Source: Candidatus Dadabacteria bacterium
GTDB taxonomy: Bacteria; Desulfobacterota_D; UBA1144; Nemesobacterales; Nemesobacteraceae
Assembly: GCA_028823955.1 (NCBI GenBank)
Contig: JAPPFE010000021.1
Span: 4,165-68,164 of the forward strand
Length of the DNA stretch: 64,000 nt
Reading direction: 5' to 3'
Shown here: piece after piece, positions 1 through 9,096 of the stretch
Layout: each line of letters begins with the position of its first letter
How positions within the stretch are numbered: the first letter of the stretch is position 1
The notes under the pieces: generated by a model
Databases searched by the model: none
What the model was told of the DNA's origin: nothing
The model's input: only the letters and a program-made list of their open reading frames with translations
Program-made: the position numbers and the translations under genes

Positions 1-189
1 CGCGTTCGCCATGCCGTGTATGTTCGATTCGATTCCGAGCCCTTCAAGCGTTTCCGCGTGGCCAGCCGCTATGCCAAGTGCTTTTTCCTCGCTTCTAGAA
101 CCTATGTAGATCTCATGTCCCGCTCTTGACCACCGCAGCACCAGACCTTCCGCTATGTCTCCCGTCCCACCTAGAAGTGAAATTTTCAT
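1..189 (-). CDS. NADPH-dependent F420 reductase-like / COG2085 dinucleotide-binding oxidoreductase (N-terminal part only, runs off window)
   Basis: Minus-strand ATG at 189 preceded by AAGGAGAG SD. Translation MKISLLGGTGDIAEGLVLRWSRAGHEIYIGSRSEEKA... is a Rossmann GxGxxG start typical of Fno/Npd-like reductases. Not in ORF track because it is truncated by the window edge. Confidence 0.55.
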   Translation of the reverse strand, partial: MKISLLGGTGDIAEGLVLRWSRAGHEIYIGSRSEEKALGIAAGHAETLEGLGIESNIHGMANA

Positions 190-368
190 TTTTTGATCTC
201 TCCTTGCGTCAGAATTTTTACAGAACTTCTATCGTATATGCCTCCGGAGTGTTTTTCAAGCCCCTAAAGAGGTTCTCCCCGCTGATAAAACCGATGAGTT
301 GACAAAATCCCGGCGCATTCCAAGCAACAATCCCATTTTACAAATTCCTTTCAAAAAAATAGGACCGA

Positions 369-1700
369 TCAGAGATTTCCAAGTGCTTCTTCCAGGTCTG
401 CCACCGGCTTAAAAATCCATGATCTCCTACGTTTTCGTTTCTCAAAAAGACCCAGTTCCACCAGTTCAAGCAGATCCGTCCGGGACGTCTGATATACAAC
501 ATTATGAACCGTCTGATGACCCCTAACCGTGTAGTCACGGTTAGGATGCTTGAGAGCACTGCCAACCAGATCTCTCTGCCTGTGATTGAGCAAAGCTAGA
601 GACTTAATCTGCGATTCAAGCTCTTTTAATTCACCAGTTCTTCTATCTATGTAATCATGCAGAGTCCTTATGGCTCTTCGTATCACGCAAAGATGGTAAA
701 TGATGAAATAATTAAGGTCGTTTCCGTCGGTTTCCGTATATAAAAACGCCTTAACGTATTGCGTTTTACCCTTGAGAATTATTTCAGATATTGATATGAA
801 CTCAAACAGCCAGTACCCATGGTGGAGCATGGACCAGTAAAACAATGCCCGGGCCGTTCTGCCATTGCTGTCAAAAAACGGATGGTCATATGCTAACCAG
901 AAATGAAGAATTATAGACCGAATCACGGGATGTATGAATCCACTACCGTCCTCACCGTTGGCAAATTCACACATTTTTTTCATTCTCCAAGGAACCTCCA
1001 ACGCAGGTGGGGGCACATGCACTAAGGTGTCCTCTTCCTCGCTCCAATAAACATTTATGTCCTCGGACTCCTTGCGAAACCGTCCGGCCGCGGTTGGTTC
1101 ATCAAGAGTCCCTCTGGTTATAATCTCATGGATATTGAACACTAGTTCTTGAGTCAAGGGCTCATTTTTCAACTCTCTGATTGATTCCATTGCCCTATAG
1201 TTATTAAGAATCATCTCTTCGCTTCTGTCCCTAGGCTTCCGTCCTGTCTGTATCAGGTTCTTAGCCACTAAACGAGTTGTCGAAGCACCCTCAATCTGGC
1301 TTGATGTAATAGCTTCCTCTATAAGCGAACGGACAAGGTACCGGTCCCTTGTATGAGGACCTATACTTTTATCCTCTATCTGGATTGAGCCTCCGGACTC
1401 CATATCAATTCCATGCAGCACTTGGGATATTGATTCGGTCATGTTGTAACTGAAAAGATTTCCCTGCTTGTCTGGAAGCGTAACTTTCTTAGAGGCAGCT
1501 ACTCTTTGAATTTTTATGAAATGCCACCATTGCCTGAGGGTAAGACCATCGGGAATCTGGCGATGCCTCAGTTGATCCCAGTGCAAATATTTTTTGGGAA
1601 CGTTTCCATAAAAGCGTTCCGAAAGTTCCATATACTCGCCGCTTTGAATCACCTCTGCGAACAGTTCCTCAAACGGCGGCGGCTCAAGGGGAAGCTTCAT
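369..1700 (-). CDS. Fic/DOC family protein (putative AMPylase/toxin, class-II-like with internal inhibitory motif)
   Basis: 443 aa. Fic core motif HPFFDSNGRTAR (HxFxDxNGRxxR, with G->S at the 6th position). Upstream SSQIEG matches the (S/T)xxxE(G/N) alpha-inh motif. Lower GC than neighbours. Confidence 0.85.
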   Translation of the reverse strand: MKLPLEPPPFEELFAEVIQSGEYMELSERFYGNVPKKYLHWDQLRHRQIPDGLTLRQWWHFIKIQRVAASKKVTLPDKQGNLFSYNMTESISQVLHGIDMESGGSIQIEDKSIGPHTRDRYLVRSLIEEAITSSQIEGASTTRLVAKNLIQTGRKPRDRSEEMILNNYRAMESIRELKNEPLTQELVFNIHEIITRGTLDEPTAAGRFRKESEDINVYWSEEEDTLVHVPPPALEVPWRMKKMCEFANGEDGSGFIHPVIRSIILHFWLAYDHPFFDSNGRTARALFYWSMLHHGYWLFEFISISEIILKGKTQYVKAFLYTETDGNDLNYFIIYHLCVIRRAIRTLHDYIDRRTGELKELESQIKSLALLNHRQRDLVGSALKHPNRDYTVRGHQTVHNVVYQTSRTDLLELVELGLFEKRKRRRSWIFKPVADLEEALGNL

Positions 1701-1745
1701 ATTAATCCTCTCTCTTTAAACAAGCGCAAGATATATATCAGTAGT

Positions 1746-1769
1746 TATACTAATTTAGCTAAATTTAGT
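1746..1769. promoter_or_regulatory. 24-bp site TATACTAATTTAGCTAAATTTAGT, copy 1; contains the perfect 14-bp palindrome AATTTAGCTAAATT and is embedded in a 49-bp near-palindrome (1735-1783)
   Basis: Read directly from the sequence. Located 46 bp upstream of the Fic start codon (minus strand). Confidence 0.5.
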
Positions 1770-1845
1770 GTAACTACTGATATGGATTTAACAAGAAAAC
1801 AAAATGGGATCGTTCAATACATAAGGGAAATAGAAATACTAAGAT

Positions 1846-1869
1846 TATACTAATTTAGCTAAATTTAGT
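1846..1869. promoter_or_regulatory. 24-bp site TATACTAATTTAGCTAAATTTAGT, copy 2 (identical, exactly 100 bp from copy 1)
   Basis: Read directly from the sequence. Lies between the Fic start and the yggT stop. Confidence 0.5.
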
Positions 1870-1943
1870 ATCCAAACTGGTGCAGTTTTGGCAAAAATCG
1901 GTTCCAGTCTTGTAATTTTCACTTCCCAGAATCCTTCACGCAA

Positions 1944-2243
1944 TTACAAACCGGCCGCCATCTGGAAAAGAGAGTTGACGACGGCGCGCTTTATGAAGAC
2001 TATCAGAAGCAGAACCACTATGGGACTGAGGTCTAATGAGCCCCCGATGGGAGGGATGTATCTCCTTGCAAAACCCAGAACCGGCTCCGTGGCCGAGTAA
2101 AGAAACCTCACTATGGGGTTATACGGGTCGGGATTCACCCATGAAAGTATCGCCCGTCCCACTATGAGCCATATGTAAACACTAAGAAGTATGTCCACCA
2201 CTTCGGCGATGGCCCTTAAGAAATTGCCTCCTAATATTTCCAT
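1944..2243 (-). CDS. yggT: YggT family membrane protein
   Basis: 99 aa, hydrophobic, YggT/Ycf19-like sequence. Classic proC-yggS-yggT neighbourhood. Confidence 0.75.
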   Translation of the reverse strand: MEILGGNFLRAIAEVVDILLSVYIWLIVGRAILSWVNPDPYNPIVRFLYSATEPVLGFARRYIPPIGGSLDLSPIVVLLLIVFIKRAVVNSLFQMAAGL

Positions 2244-2244
2244 G

Positions 2245-3060
2245 TCAGTCCTCCTCTCCTGAAAGTTCCGCGGAACGTCTGGCCGCGGACTCGATAGCAG
2301 ATATCACAGCAGCCCGGAAACCGCCCCGCTCAAGTGAATGAATCCCGCTTGCCGTGGTTCCCCCGGGCGACGTGACCATGTCCTTTATCTCGGCAGGGTG
2401 CGCGGCGCCTTCCTGAATCATTTTCGAGGTGCCCAGAACTGTCTGCGCAGCAAGGTCCGTTGCGAGCTTTCTCGAAAGTCCCATTTTAACCGCGCCGTCG
2501 CAAAGCGCCTCGATGAAAATCGATACAAACGCGGGACCACTTCCGGAAAGAGCCGTAACGGCATCCATGAGGCTCTCGCTCTCAACCCGAAAGGCTTTTC
2601 CCAAGGAGCCTAGGATTTCGAGAACCAGATCCTCTTCCTTACCGGAGAACCCTTCCCCGAAATATACGCAGGATGCCCCCTCAAGCACGAGACTCGGGGT
2701 GTTGGGCATAACCCGCGCGAGCTTTATCTCCCTTCCGATAAGTTTTTTTATGGAAGAATAACCTACCCCGGCAGCGATCGACACATAGAGCTTGTCTTTG
2801 GTGGCGATGTTTTTCACTTCCCTGCAGACCTCGGGAATTACCTGGGGTTTTACGGAAAAAACAACTATATCGGACTTTTTTACCGCTTCGCGGTTATCGG
2901 AGGCGGTCGCGACTCCGTAGCGCGAGGACAGGCAAGAGAGTCTCTCGGGGTCTACGTCTGAGAGCGTTACGTCCTTTTTGTTAAAGCTTCCCGAGGCGAG
3001 AAGTCCCCTCACCATCGCCTCGGCCATGTTCCCCGCTCCTATAAATGCCGTCTTTTTCAT
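2245..3060 (-). CDS. proC: pyrroline-5-carboxylate reductase
   Basis: 271 aa. N-terminal FIGAGNMAEA Rossmann motif. C-terminal P5CR dimerisation region (SPGGTTASG). Confidence 0.9.
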   Translation of the reverse strand: MKKTAFIGAGNMAEAMVRGLLASGSFNKKDVTLSDVDPERLSCLSSRYGVATASDNREAVKKSDIVVFSVKPQVIPEVCREVKNIATKDKLYVSIAAGVGYSSIKKLIGREIKLARVMPNTPSLVLEGASCVYFGEGFSGKEEDLVLEILGSLGKAFRVESESLMDAVTALSGSGPAFVSIFIEALCDGAVKMGLSRKLATDLAAQTVLGTSKMIQEGAAHPAEIKDMVTSPGGTTASGIHSLERGGFRAAVISAIESAARRSAELSGEED

Positions 3061-3068
3061 TTTCTAAT

Positions 3069-3755
3069 TCACCCAGGCCTCGGACCAAAAAGCGCGGTGC
3101 CGATCCTGAGAATAGTCGCACCTTCTTCAATCGCCACCTCGAAATCGTTGCTCATGCCCATTGAAAGCTCCCGTATGCCAGGAAACTCTCGCGCTGCCCT
3201 GTCTCTCATCTCCCTCAGTTCAGAGAACCACGGCCTGCTCATCTCGGGGTCCTCAAAATAAGGGGGCATCATCATGAGTCCCTCAAGCGAAACGTTCCTG
3301 AATCCCGAGGCGTTTCCGAGAAACTCCCGGAGATCGCTCTGTCTGATCCCGTTTTTGCTCTTTTCCCCGCCGTTTATCTCCACAAGCGCGCGCATACAGA
3401 TGCCGCAGGCCGCGGCTCTCTTATCAAGCTCCGCCACAAGGGCCATGTTGTCAACTGCGTGCACAAGATCCGCCTTGCCAATAACGTACTTCACCTTGTT
3501 TCTCTGCAAGGCACCAATGAAGTGCCAGCGAAGCGTGGCGATACCGCTTCCGGCTTCCCTCTGCTTGTCGCGAAGCTCCTGGGCGTAATTCTCCCCGAAA
3601 TCACGAAGCCCGAGACAGGCGGCTTCGGAAATTACTTCAAGGGGAAACTTCTTGGACACGGCCACAAGACGCAGCTCGCCGCGCCTTCTCCCTGATCTGC
3701 GGCACGCTTCGGCGATTCTCCCTTCCACCTCGTCTATTCTGTCTTTCAGGCTCAT
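3069..3755 (-). CDS. yggS: YggS family pyridoxal-phosphate homeostasis protein (alanine racemase N-domain fold)
   Basis: Start placed at MSLKDRIDEVEG (ATG 3755), which aligns with the YggS N-terminus. LVAVSK..FGENYAQE motif. The ORF-track start at 3932 is probably an upstream extension. Confidence 0.85.
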   Translation of the reverse strand: MSLKDRIDEVEGRIAEACRRSGRRRGELRLVAVSKKFPLEVISEAACLGLRDFGENYAQELRDKQREAGSGIATLRWHFIGALQRNKVKYVIGKADLVHAVDNMALVAELDKRAAACGICMRALVEINGGEKSKNGIRQSDLREFLGNASGFRNVSLEGLMMMPPYFEDPEMSRPWFSELREMRDRAAREFPGIRELSMGMSNDFEVAIEEGATILRIGTALFGPRPG

Positions 3756-3849
3756 CCGGATTCCACAACATCCGCTATCAATACAAAAGCGACCGGAAAT
3801 CCCGCCGCGGGCCGTACTCATTTCCCCTTGAAACGGTTTCCGCAAAAAG

Positions 3850-5082
3850 TCACGAAAAACACGGATGACGCCGCCACAAGCAGGATGAACAAGGCATCTT
3901 TGTTCCCAGGGGAGGTTCCCGCGACCGCGCATCCGCCGTCGTCACCCCCCCCGTTTCGGGATAAATGCCGGAACCCCAGATGATTTGGCGTCCGCTGATT
4001 CCAAGCGGAGTCTTGACGACATAGCTTAACTTCGGCACATCGCCCGGGGCCCTGCCCTCTTCTGTTATCGCGGGAACATCATCCGTCGGGTCATCCCAGA
4101 GATACTCGACAAAGACCCCTTCATATGAATCCTTGTCCTCAAGGGCGCTTACGATCAGGTCCCCGACATTGGTTCCATTGGCATCAACGACATTCAGGCT
4201 CCTGTTTTCAAGAGATGGAGTGTTGCCGTTTAGGACAACAAGCCGAGTATCCTCGGTCATAGCAAAAAGATAAACAGAACCTCTCTTCCAGGGCAGAACC
4301 CTGAAACAGTTAAGCGAGTCGATAAAATTTGACGTGCCGCCCGGACGGTTAACCAGCTCGACATAGAACCGGGCAAACTCATCCACGAATTCCTTAAGCG
4401 TGTCCCTGTCCACCACATCAACGGCGCTTGTTTCTGGATCACGATAAGGGCATTGCAATCCAGAAAACGAAACATCTTCAAAATCGTGGTCAAGCCCGGC
4501 TACCAGAACAGTCGGGATCGGGTTCGCAAGGTACTGGAATTCCAGGTCGGAAGAAACGGCACACGCAGCCCTCGTCTCGCCCTCAAATTCATATCCGACA
4601 CATTCCGCCGTCCCCTTTTCCGCGTCTTCAAGATTTCCTCTGAGCTTCCCCATGGGAGCGTACTCGTTCAGGTTTCCGCCCTGGGCGAGGGGATAACGAG
4701 GATGGGGCGGCTGTATTGTACCTTCGTCACTCATCCGGAAGATGTATATTCCGTCCTTGCGCCAGTCCCCTCCTTCCTTCTCAATTTTCCGAAGAAAGGG
4801 AGCGAGGCCGCCTGAGTAATCCGCCAGCTGCTTTATGTGGGCTCTCGCGTGCAGAACAAGTTCCCGCATTCCCTCCATGTCCCCGGCCTCGACATCTTCT
4901 GCTTTCACGCTGTCCGCAGCATGATTGTTCTCATACCCCTGGCGGATCGGGATATCGGTATAATTATGGGCGCGGGATTCGGGAGTGTGAGAAAAAAGGG
5001 CAATCAGCAACAATACAGAGGCAAAAAAGGCCATCTTCCCCTTCCAGAAGCATTTTCCCTCTTTCTCCATACGCGTTTTCAT
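3850..5082 (-). CDS. hypothetical exported protein (N-terminal signal peptide)
   Basis: 410-aa ORF. Hydrophobic N-terminal segment AFFASVLLLIALFSHTPESRA. No recognised catalytic motif. Start uncertain (ATG at 5082, 5070 or 5034). Confidence 0.5.
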   Translation of the reverse strand: MKTRMEKEGKCFWKGKMAFFASVLLLIALFSHTPESRAHNYTDIPIRQGYENNHAADSVKAEDVEAGDMEGMRELVLHARAHIKQLADYSGGLAPFLRKIEKEGGDWRKDGIYIFRMSDEGTIQPPHPRYPLAQGGNLNEYAPMGKLRGNLEDAEKGTAECVGYEFEGETRAACAVSSDLEFQYLANPIPTVLVAGLDHDFEDVSFSGLQCPYRDPETSAVDVVDRDTLKEFVDEFARFYVELVNRPGGTSNFIDSLNCFRVLPWKRGSVYLFAMTEDTRLVVLNGNTPSLENRSLNVVDANGTNVGDLIVSALEDKDSYEGVFVEYLWDDPTDDVPAITEEGRAPGDVPKLSYVVKTPLGISGRQIIWGSGIYPETGGVTTADARSREPPLGTKMPCSSCLWRRHPCFS

Positions 5083-5187
5083 CTTATTACCTCCTGGTCT
5101 GTTTTTCTGAACAAGCTCTTACCTGAGTTTATCATAAACATGCGCCGATTGTAATCCTCGGCCGGCGCGGCGGCAAAATCTGGGAAT

Positions 5188-6081
5188 ATGAACTTGAAAA
5201 CGCGCCTTCTGCGTATACACTCATTGCTTCAAGCTCAGATGGAACTGAAGAAACTTTACCTCAAAGGAAGAAAAAGCTTCGAGGAGAGCGGCTTTGAATG
5301 TCCGGGAATAGAGGCAAAAGCGATACTCGCAAGAAGCCTTGACGCTGACCCGGTTGAACTTTACGCTCACCCGGAAAGACGGGTTGACCCCGGGCGTGGC
5401 GAAGCCTTTGAAAGGCTGGTTGGCCGCCGCCTGCGCGGAGAACCCCTTGCGTACGTTACCGGCAGACGGGAATTCTGCTCGAGGCCTTTTGTCGTTACTC
5501 CCGACGTCCTGATACCGAGACCGGAGACGGAAACGCTAGCGGAACTCGCTATAGAGACCGCGGGGCTGATGAAAAATCCCCGCGTTCTTGATCTCGGAAC
5601 TGGAAGCGGGTGTCTTGCAGTGACGCTCTTTCTTGAATCGCACGGCTGCGAGGTTTTCGCCTCCGACATATCCGCCTCGGCACTCGGGGTAGCGGCAGAG
5701 AACGCACGCACGCACGGCGCAAGCGTAGGTTTTGTAAATTCAGATATCCTGTGCTGCTTCGCGGAATCCTCGTTTGACATGATAGTTTCAAATCCCCCCT
5801 ACGTTTCCGCGGCGCAATACGAGGAACTTCCGGGGGAAATAAGGCATTATGAACCCGCGGTGGCGCTTCTCGGCGGGGAGGATGGACTTGCATGCATAAG
5901 GAAGATAGCGTCCGCGGCGGGCGGCGTTCTTCGCGAAGGCGGTTTTCTGCTTCTTGAAATCGGAGCCGGGCAGGCCGAGTCCGCCGAGAGAATAATCAGC
6001 GGAAGCGGTTTTTCTGATATAGACTTCAAGACCGATATAGCCGGCATCGAAAGGGTAGTGAGGGCAACTTGGAAAAAATAG
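5188..6081 (+). CDS. prmC: release factor glutamine N5-methyltransferase
   Basis: 297 aa. NPPY motif (IVSNPPY). SAM-binding LDLGTGSG. Confidence 0.9.
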   Translation: MNLKTRLLRIHSLLQAQMELKKLYLKGRKSFEESGFECPGIEAKAILARSLDADPVELYAHPERRVDPGRGEAFERLVGRRLRGEPLAYVTGRREFCSRPFVVTPDVLIPRPETETLAELAIETAGLMKNPRVLDLGTGSGCLAVTLFLESHGCEVFASDISASALGVAAENARTHGASVGFVNSDILCCFAESSFDMIVSNPPYVSAAQYEELPGEIRHYEPAVALLGGEDGLACIRKIASAAGGVLREGGFLLLEIGAGQAESAERIISGSGFSDIDFKTDIAGIERVVRATWKK

Positions 6082-7325
6082 TAATAGAAGGGAAAAACAG
6101 GCTTTCCGGAGAGGTGTCGGTCGGCGGAGCAAAAAACGCCGTCCTTCCCATAATGGCGGCCTGCATACTGAACGACGGGGAGAACACCATCTCGAACGTG
6201 CCGGATCTGGCGGACGTGCGGACCATGATGAAGCTCCTCGAAACTCTGGGCGCGAGATGCGAGTACGCAGACGGGGATCTGCTCGTTGACTCAGCAAGCA
6301 TCAACCGCTACAAGGCCCCCTACGATCTGGTAAAGACGATGAGGGCTTCCGTGCTGGTTCTGGGACCGCTTGTGGCCAGGTTTAAAAAAGCCGAAGTCTC
6401 GCTCCCCGGAGGATGCGCGATAGGAGAGAGGCCCATTGATCAGCACATAAAGGGGCTTCGAATTCTCGGGACGTCGGTGCAGCTTGAGGACGGGTACGTA
6501 AGCGCCGTCGCGAAAAAACTTGAGGGGACCACCGTGCCCTTCGATCTCTCGACCGTTACGGGGACCGAAAACATAATGCTGCTTGCAAGCGTCTGCGAAG
6601 GAGAGACCGTCATACTGAACGCCGCATGCGAACCCGAAGTGGTGGATCTGGCAAACGCCCTCAATCTGATGGGAGCGAAAATAGAAGGGGCCGGAACGGA
6701 TATAATAACGATAACGGGGGCAAGCTCGCTCGGTCCGCTTAAGGGCTACAGCGTAATGCCCGACAGGGTAGAGGCGGGGACGCTGATGATAGCCGGCGCC
6801 CTTAATGAAAGCGATCTCGTGATCAGGAACTGCAGGTTCGAGCACCTTGGGGCGCTCACGGGGAAACTGCTTCAGACGGGAACGGAAATAGAAAAAAATG
6901 GGAACTCCATTAGAGTGCGGGGCACAGGGAAGATAAAAAGCATAGACTTCTCCACGCTCCCATACCCGGGATTCCCGACCGACATGCAGGCCCAGATGAT
7001 GATACTCATGTGCGTTGCCGACGGAATGAGCGTCATAACGGAAAACATATTTCCGCAGAGGTTCATGCACACCGCCGAACTGCGGAGGATGGGCGCGGAT
7101 ATAAAGCTTGTCGGAAACAGCGCCGTGGTAAGAGGTGTCCGGGAGATTAGGGGCGCCCCGATCATGGCAAGCGATCTTCGGGCGAGCGCCTCGCTCGTGC
7201 TGGCAGGGCTTTGCGGCGCCGGCAGGACGGAAGTGTCGAGAATCTACCATCTTGACCGGGGATACGAGAAACTTGATGAAAAACTGCGGTCAGTTGGAGC
7301 CTGCATCTGGAGGGAAAAAGAGTGA
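6069..7325 (+). CDS. murA: UDP-N-acetylglucosamine 1-carboxyvinyltransferase
   Basis: 418 aa, MurA/EPT fold signature throughout. Overlaps prmC by 13 bp (operon). Confidence 0.95.
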   Translation: MEKIVIEGKNRLSGEVSVGGAKNAVLPIMAACILNDGENTISNVPDLADVRTMMKLLETLGARCEYADGDLLVDSASINRYKAPYDLVKTMRASVLVLGPLVARFKKAEVSLPGGCAIGERPIDQHIKGLRILGTSVQLEDGYVSAVAKKLEGTTVPFDLSTVTGTENIMLLASVCEGETVILNAACEPEVVDLANALNLMGAKIEGAGTDIITITGASSLGPLKGYSVMPDRVEAGTLMIAGALNESDLVIRNCRFEHLGALTGKLLQTGTEIEKNGNSIRVRGTGKIKSIDFSTLPYPGFPTDMQAQMMILMCVADGMSVITENIFPQRFMHTAELRRMGADIKLVGNSAVVRGVREIRGAPIMASDLRASASLVLAGLCGAGRTEVSRIYHLDRGYEKLDEKLRSVGACIWREKE

Positions 7326-7939
7326 TAACCATAGCGACGCCCAGGGGTAGGCTGCTTGAGGAGACCGTTGATCTCTTCAAGAAGGCCTCGATAGACATAA
7401 CGGAGATAATAAAGGATTCGAGAAAACTCATATTCGAGTTCGAAGAGGCGGGGATGAGGCTGCTTATAGTGAGACCCACAGACGTCACCTCCTACGTCGA
7501 GTACGGCGCCGCGGACTGCGGAATAGTCGGCAAGGACACGCTAATGGAGCAGGACTGCGGCCTCTACGAGCCTCTTGACCTCAGAATAGGAAAATGCAAG
7601 ATGGTAGTCGCCGCTCCGAAGGGCTTTGAGAAATCGGGCAAGGCATCCTTGCGGATCGCGACAAAGTACCCGAAGATCGCAAGCGATTTCTACAACAAAA
7701 AAGGCATAAGCACGGAAGTCATAAAACTCTACGGTTCCGTTGAGCTTGCCCCCATAATAGGGCTTTGCGACGCTATAGTTGATCTTACGGCCACGGGAGA
7801 AACCCTTAAGAAAAACGATCTTGAGATAGTGGAAGTGGTAGCGGAGGTAAGCGCGAAGCTAATCGTCAACAAGGTAAGCATGAAAATAAAGTCAAAGGAA
7901 ATAAAGGAACTGATTGAGAAACTCAAGGAGGCGAGATAG
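7322..7939 (+). CDS. hisG: ATP phosphoribosyltransferase, short form
   Basis: 205 aa HisG-S. 4-bp overlap with murA. The short form normally needs HisZ, which is not in this window. Confidence 0.9.
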   Translation: MITIATPRGRLLEETVDLFKKASIDITEIIKDSRKLIFEFEEAGMRLLIVRPTDVTSYVEYGAADCGIVGKDTLMEQDCGLYEPLDLRIGKCKMVVAAPKGFEKSGKASLRIATKYPKIASDFYNKKGISTEVIKLYGSVELAPIIGLCDAIVDLTATGETLKKNDLEIVEVVAEVSAKLIVNKVSMKIKSKEIKELIEKLKEAR

Positions 7940-7965
7940 CCGCCTCCCTTCTCTCACACGGCTTA

Positions 7966-9012
7966 TCAGAAAAGCTCGAGCTGGGCGGGCCCGTCTCTTC
8001 TGAAGTGGGAAACATCAAGAGGCACCTTCCTTCCCCCAAAACCGAACTTCCCGTAAGCCACGCGAAATATCCTTTCGGTCTGCTCGGCGAAAATCCCCTT
8101 GCCCTTCATCCGGACGCGGTACTCAGAAGAGCTAAGGTTTCCGTCCCTCATAGACTCGATTCGCCTCAGTATCTTTTTCTTTCTGTCGGGGTAGTGGCGC
8201 CCAAGCCACTCGGAGAATATGTCGGCAACTCCGTAGGGAAGCCTGAGCATCACGTAACCCGCGTCGACCGCTCCGCGGGACGAAGCTTCTTTCATTATCT
8301 CCGGAATCTCATGGTCAGTTAGCCCGGGAATCACCGGAGCTATGAGCACCGTCACGGGAATGCCGGCGTCCGCAAGCCTGGCTATTGCCCTGAGCCTGTA
8401 TTCGGGCTGCGACGCTCTGGGTTCCATCTTTCTTGAAAGTTCTCCGTCAAGCGTCGTGACGGAGATAACCACGCTCGCGCAGCCGATTCTGGCCATGTCG
8501 GAGAGAATATCAATATCGCGGGTCACCAGATAGTGTTTAGTTATTATCCCGACCGGATTTTGGAATTCCCTCAGAACCTCGAGGCATTTTCTCGTTATCT
8601 GAAAATGCTTTTCCGCCGGCTGATAGCAGTCGGTAACCCCGCTTATCGCTATCGGCTTAGGAGCCCATTTCGCCGAGCGAAGCTCCTTTCTCAGAAGCTC
8701 GGGGGCATTCTGCTTTACGAAAATCTTTGTTTCAAAATCAAGCCCCGCGGAGAGCCCCAGGTATTCGTGCGTGGGCCTTGCGTAGCAGTAAACGCATCCG
8801 TGCTCGCATCCCCGGTAGGGATTGATGCTCGCGTCAAAGGAAACATCGGGACTCTGGTTGTAGGAGATTATGGTTTTCGTCCGGTCCCTGTAGTAAACGG
8901 TTCTGGGGGCGCCGTCAGCGACGGGCGCATCCTCGTCCGCAACAAAATCAATCCGCTCGAACCTTCCCGCGGGGTTCTCCTGGGATCCCCTTCCTTTTAT
9001 GTATGGCTTCAC
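7966..9012 (-). CDS. radical SAM protein, SplB/COG1533 (DNA repair photolyase-like)
   Basis: 348 aa. CEHGCVYC radical-SAM cysteine triad near the N-terminus, typical of spore-photoproduct-lyase-like proteins. Confidence 0.75.
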   Translation of the reverse strand: MKPYIKGRGSQENPAGRFERIDFVADEDAPVADGAPRTVYYRDRTKTIISYNQSPDVSFDASINPYRGCEHGCVYCYARPTHEYLGLSAGLDFETKIFVKQNAPELLRKELRSAKWAPKPIAISGVTDCYQPAEKHFQITRKCLEVLREFQNPVGIITKHYLVTRDIDILSDMARIGCASVVISVTTLDGELSRKMEPRASQPEYRLRAIARLADAGIPVTVLIAPVIPGLTDHEIPEIMKEASSRGAVDAGYVMLRLPYGVADIFSEWLGRHYPDRKKKILRRIESMRDGNLSSSEYRVRMKGKGIFAEQTERIFRVAYGKFGFGGRKVPLDVSHFRRDGPAQLELF

Positions 9013-9096
9013 TTTACGAATCTTCCCTAAACCAAAAAGCCCCGAAGCGGCAGCGACCGCCTCGGGGCTTTTGAAACACTAAGCAACTGTTTGCCT

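Noticed and set aside
1506-1853. Plus-strand 115-aa ORF spanning the Fic N-terminus and the palindromic repeats
   Set aside because: It overlaps the Fic coding region in antisense and runs straight through the operator-like repeats. No RBS. Judged spurious.
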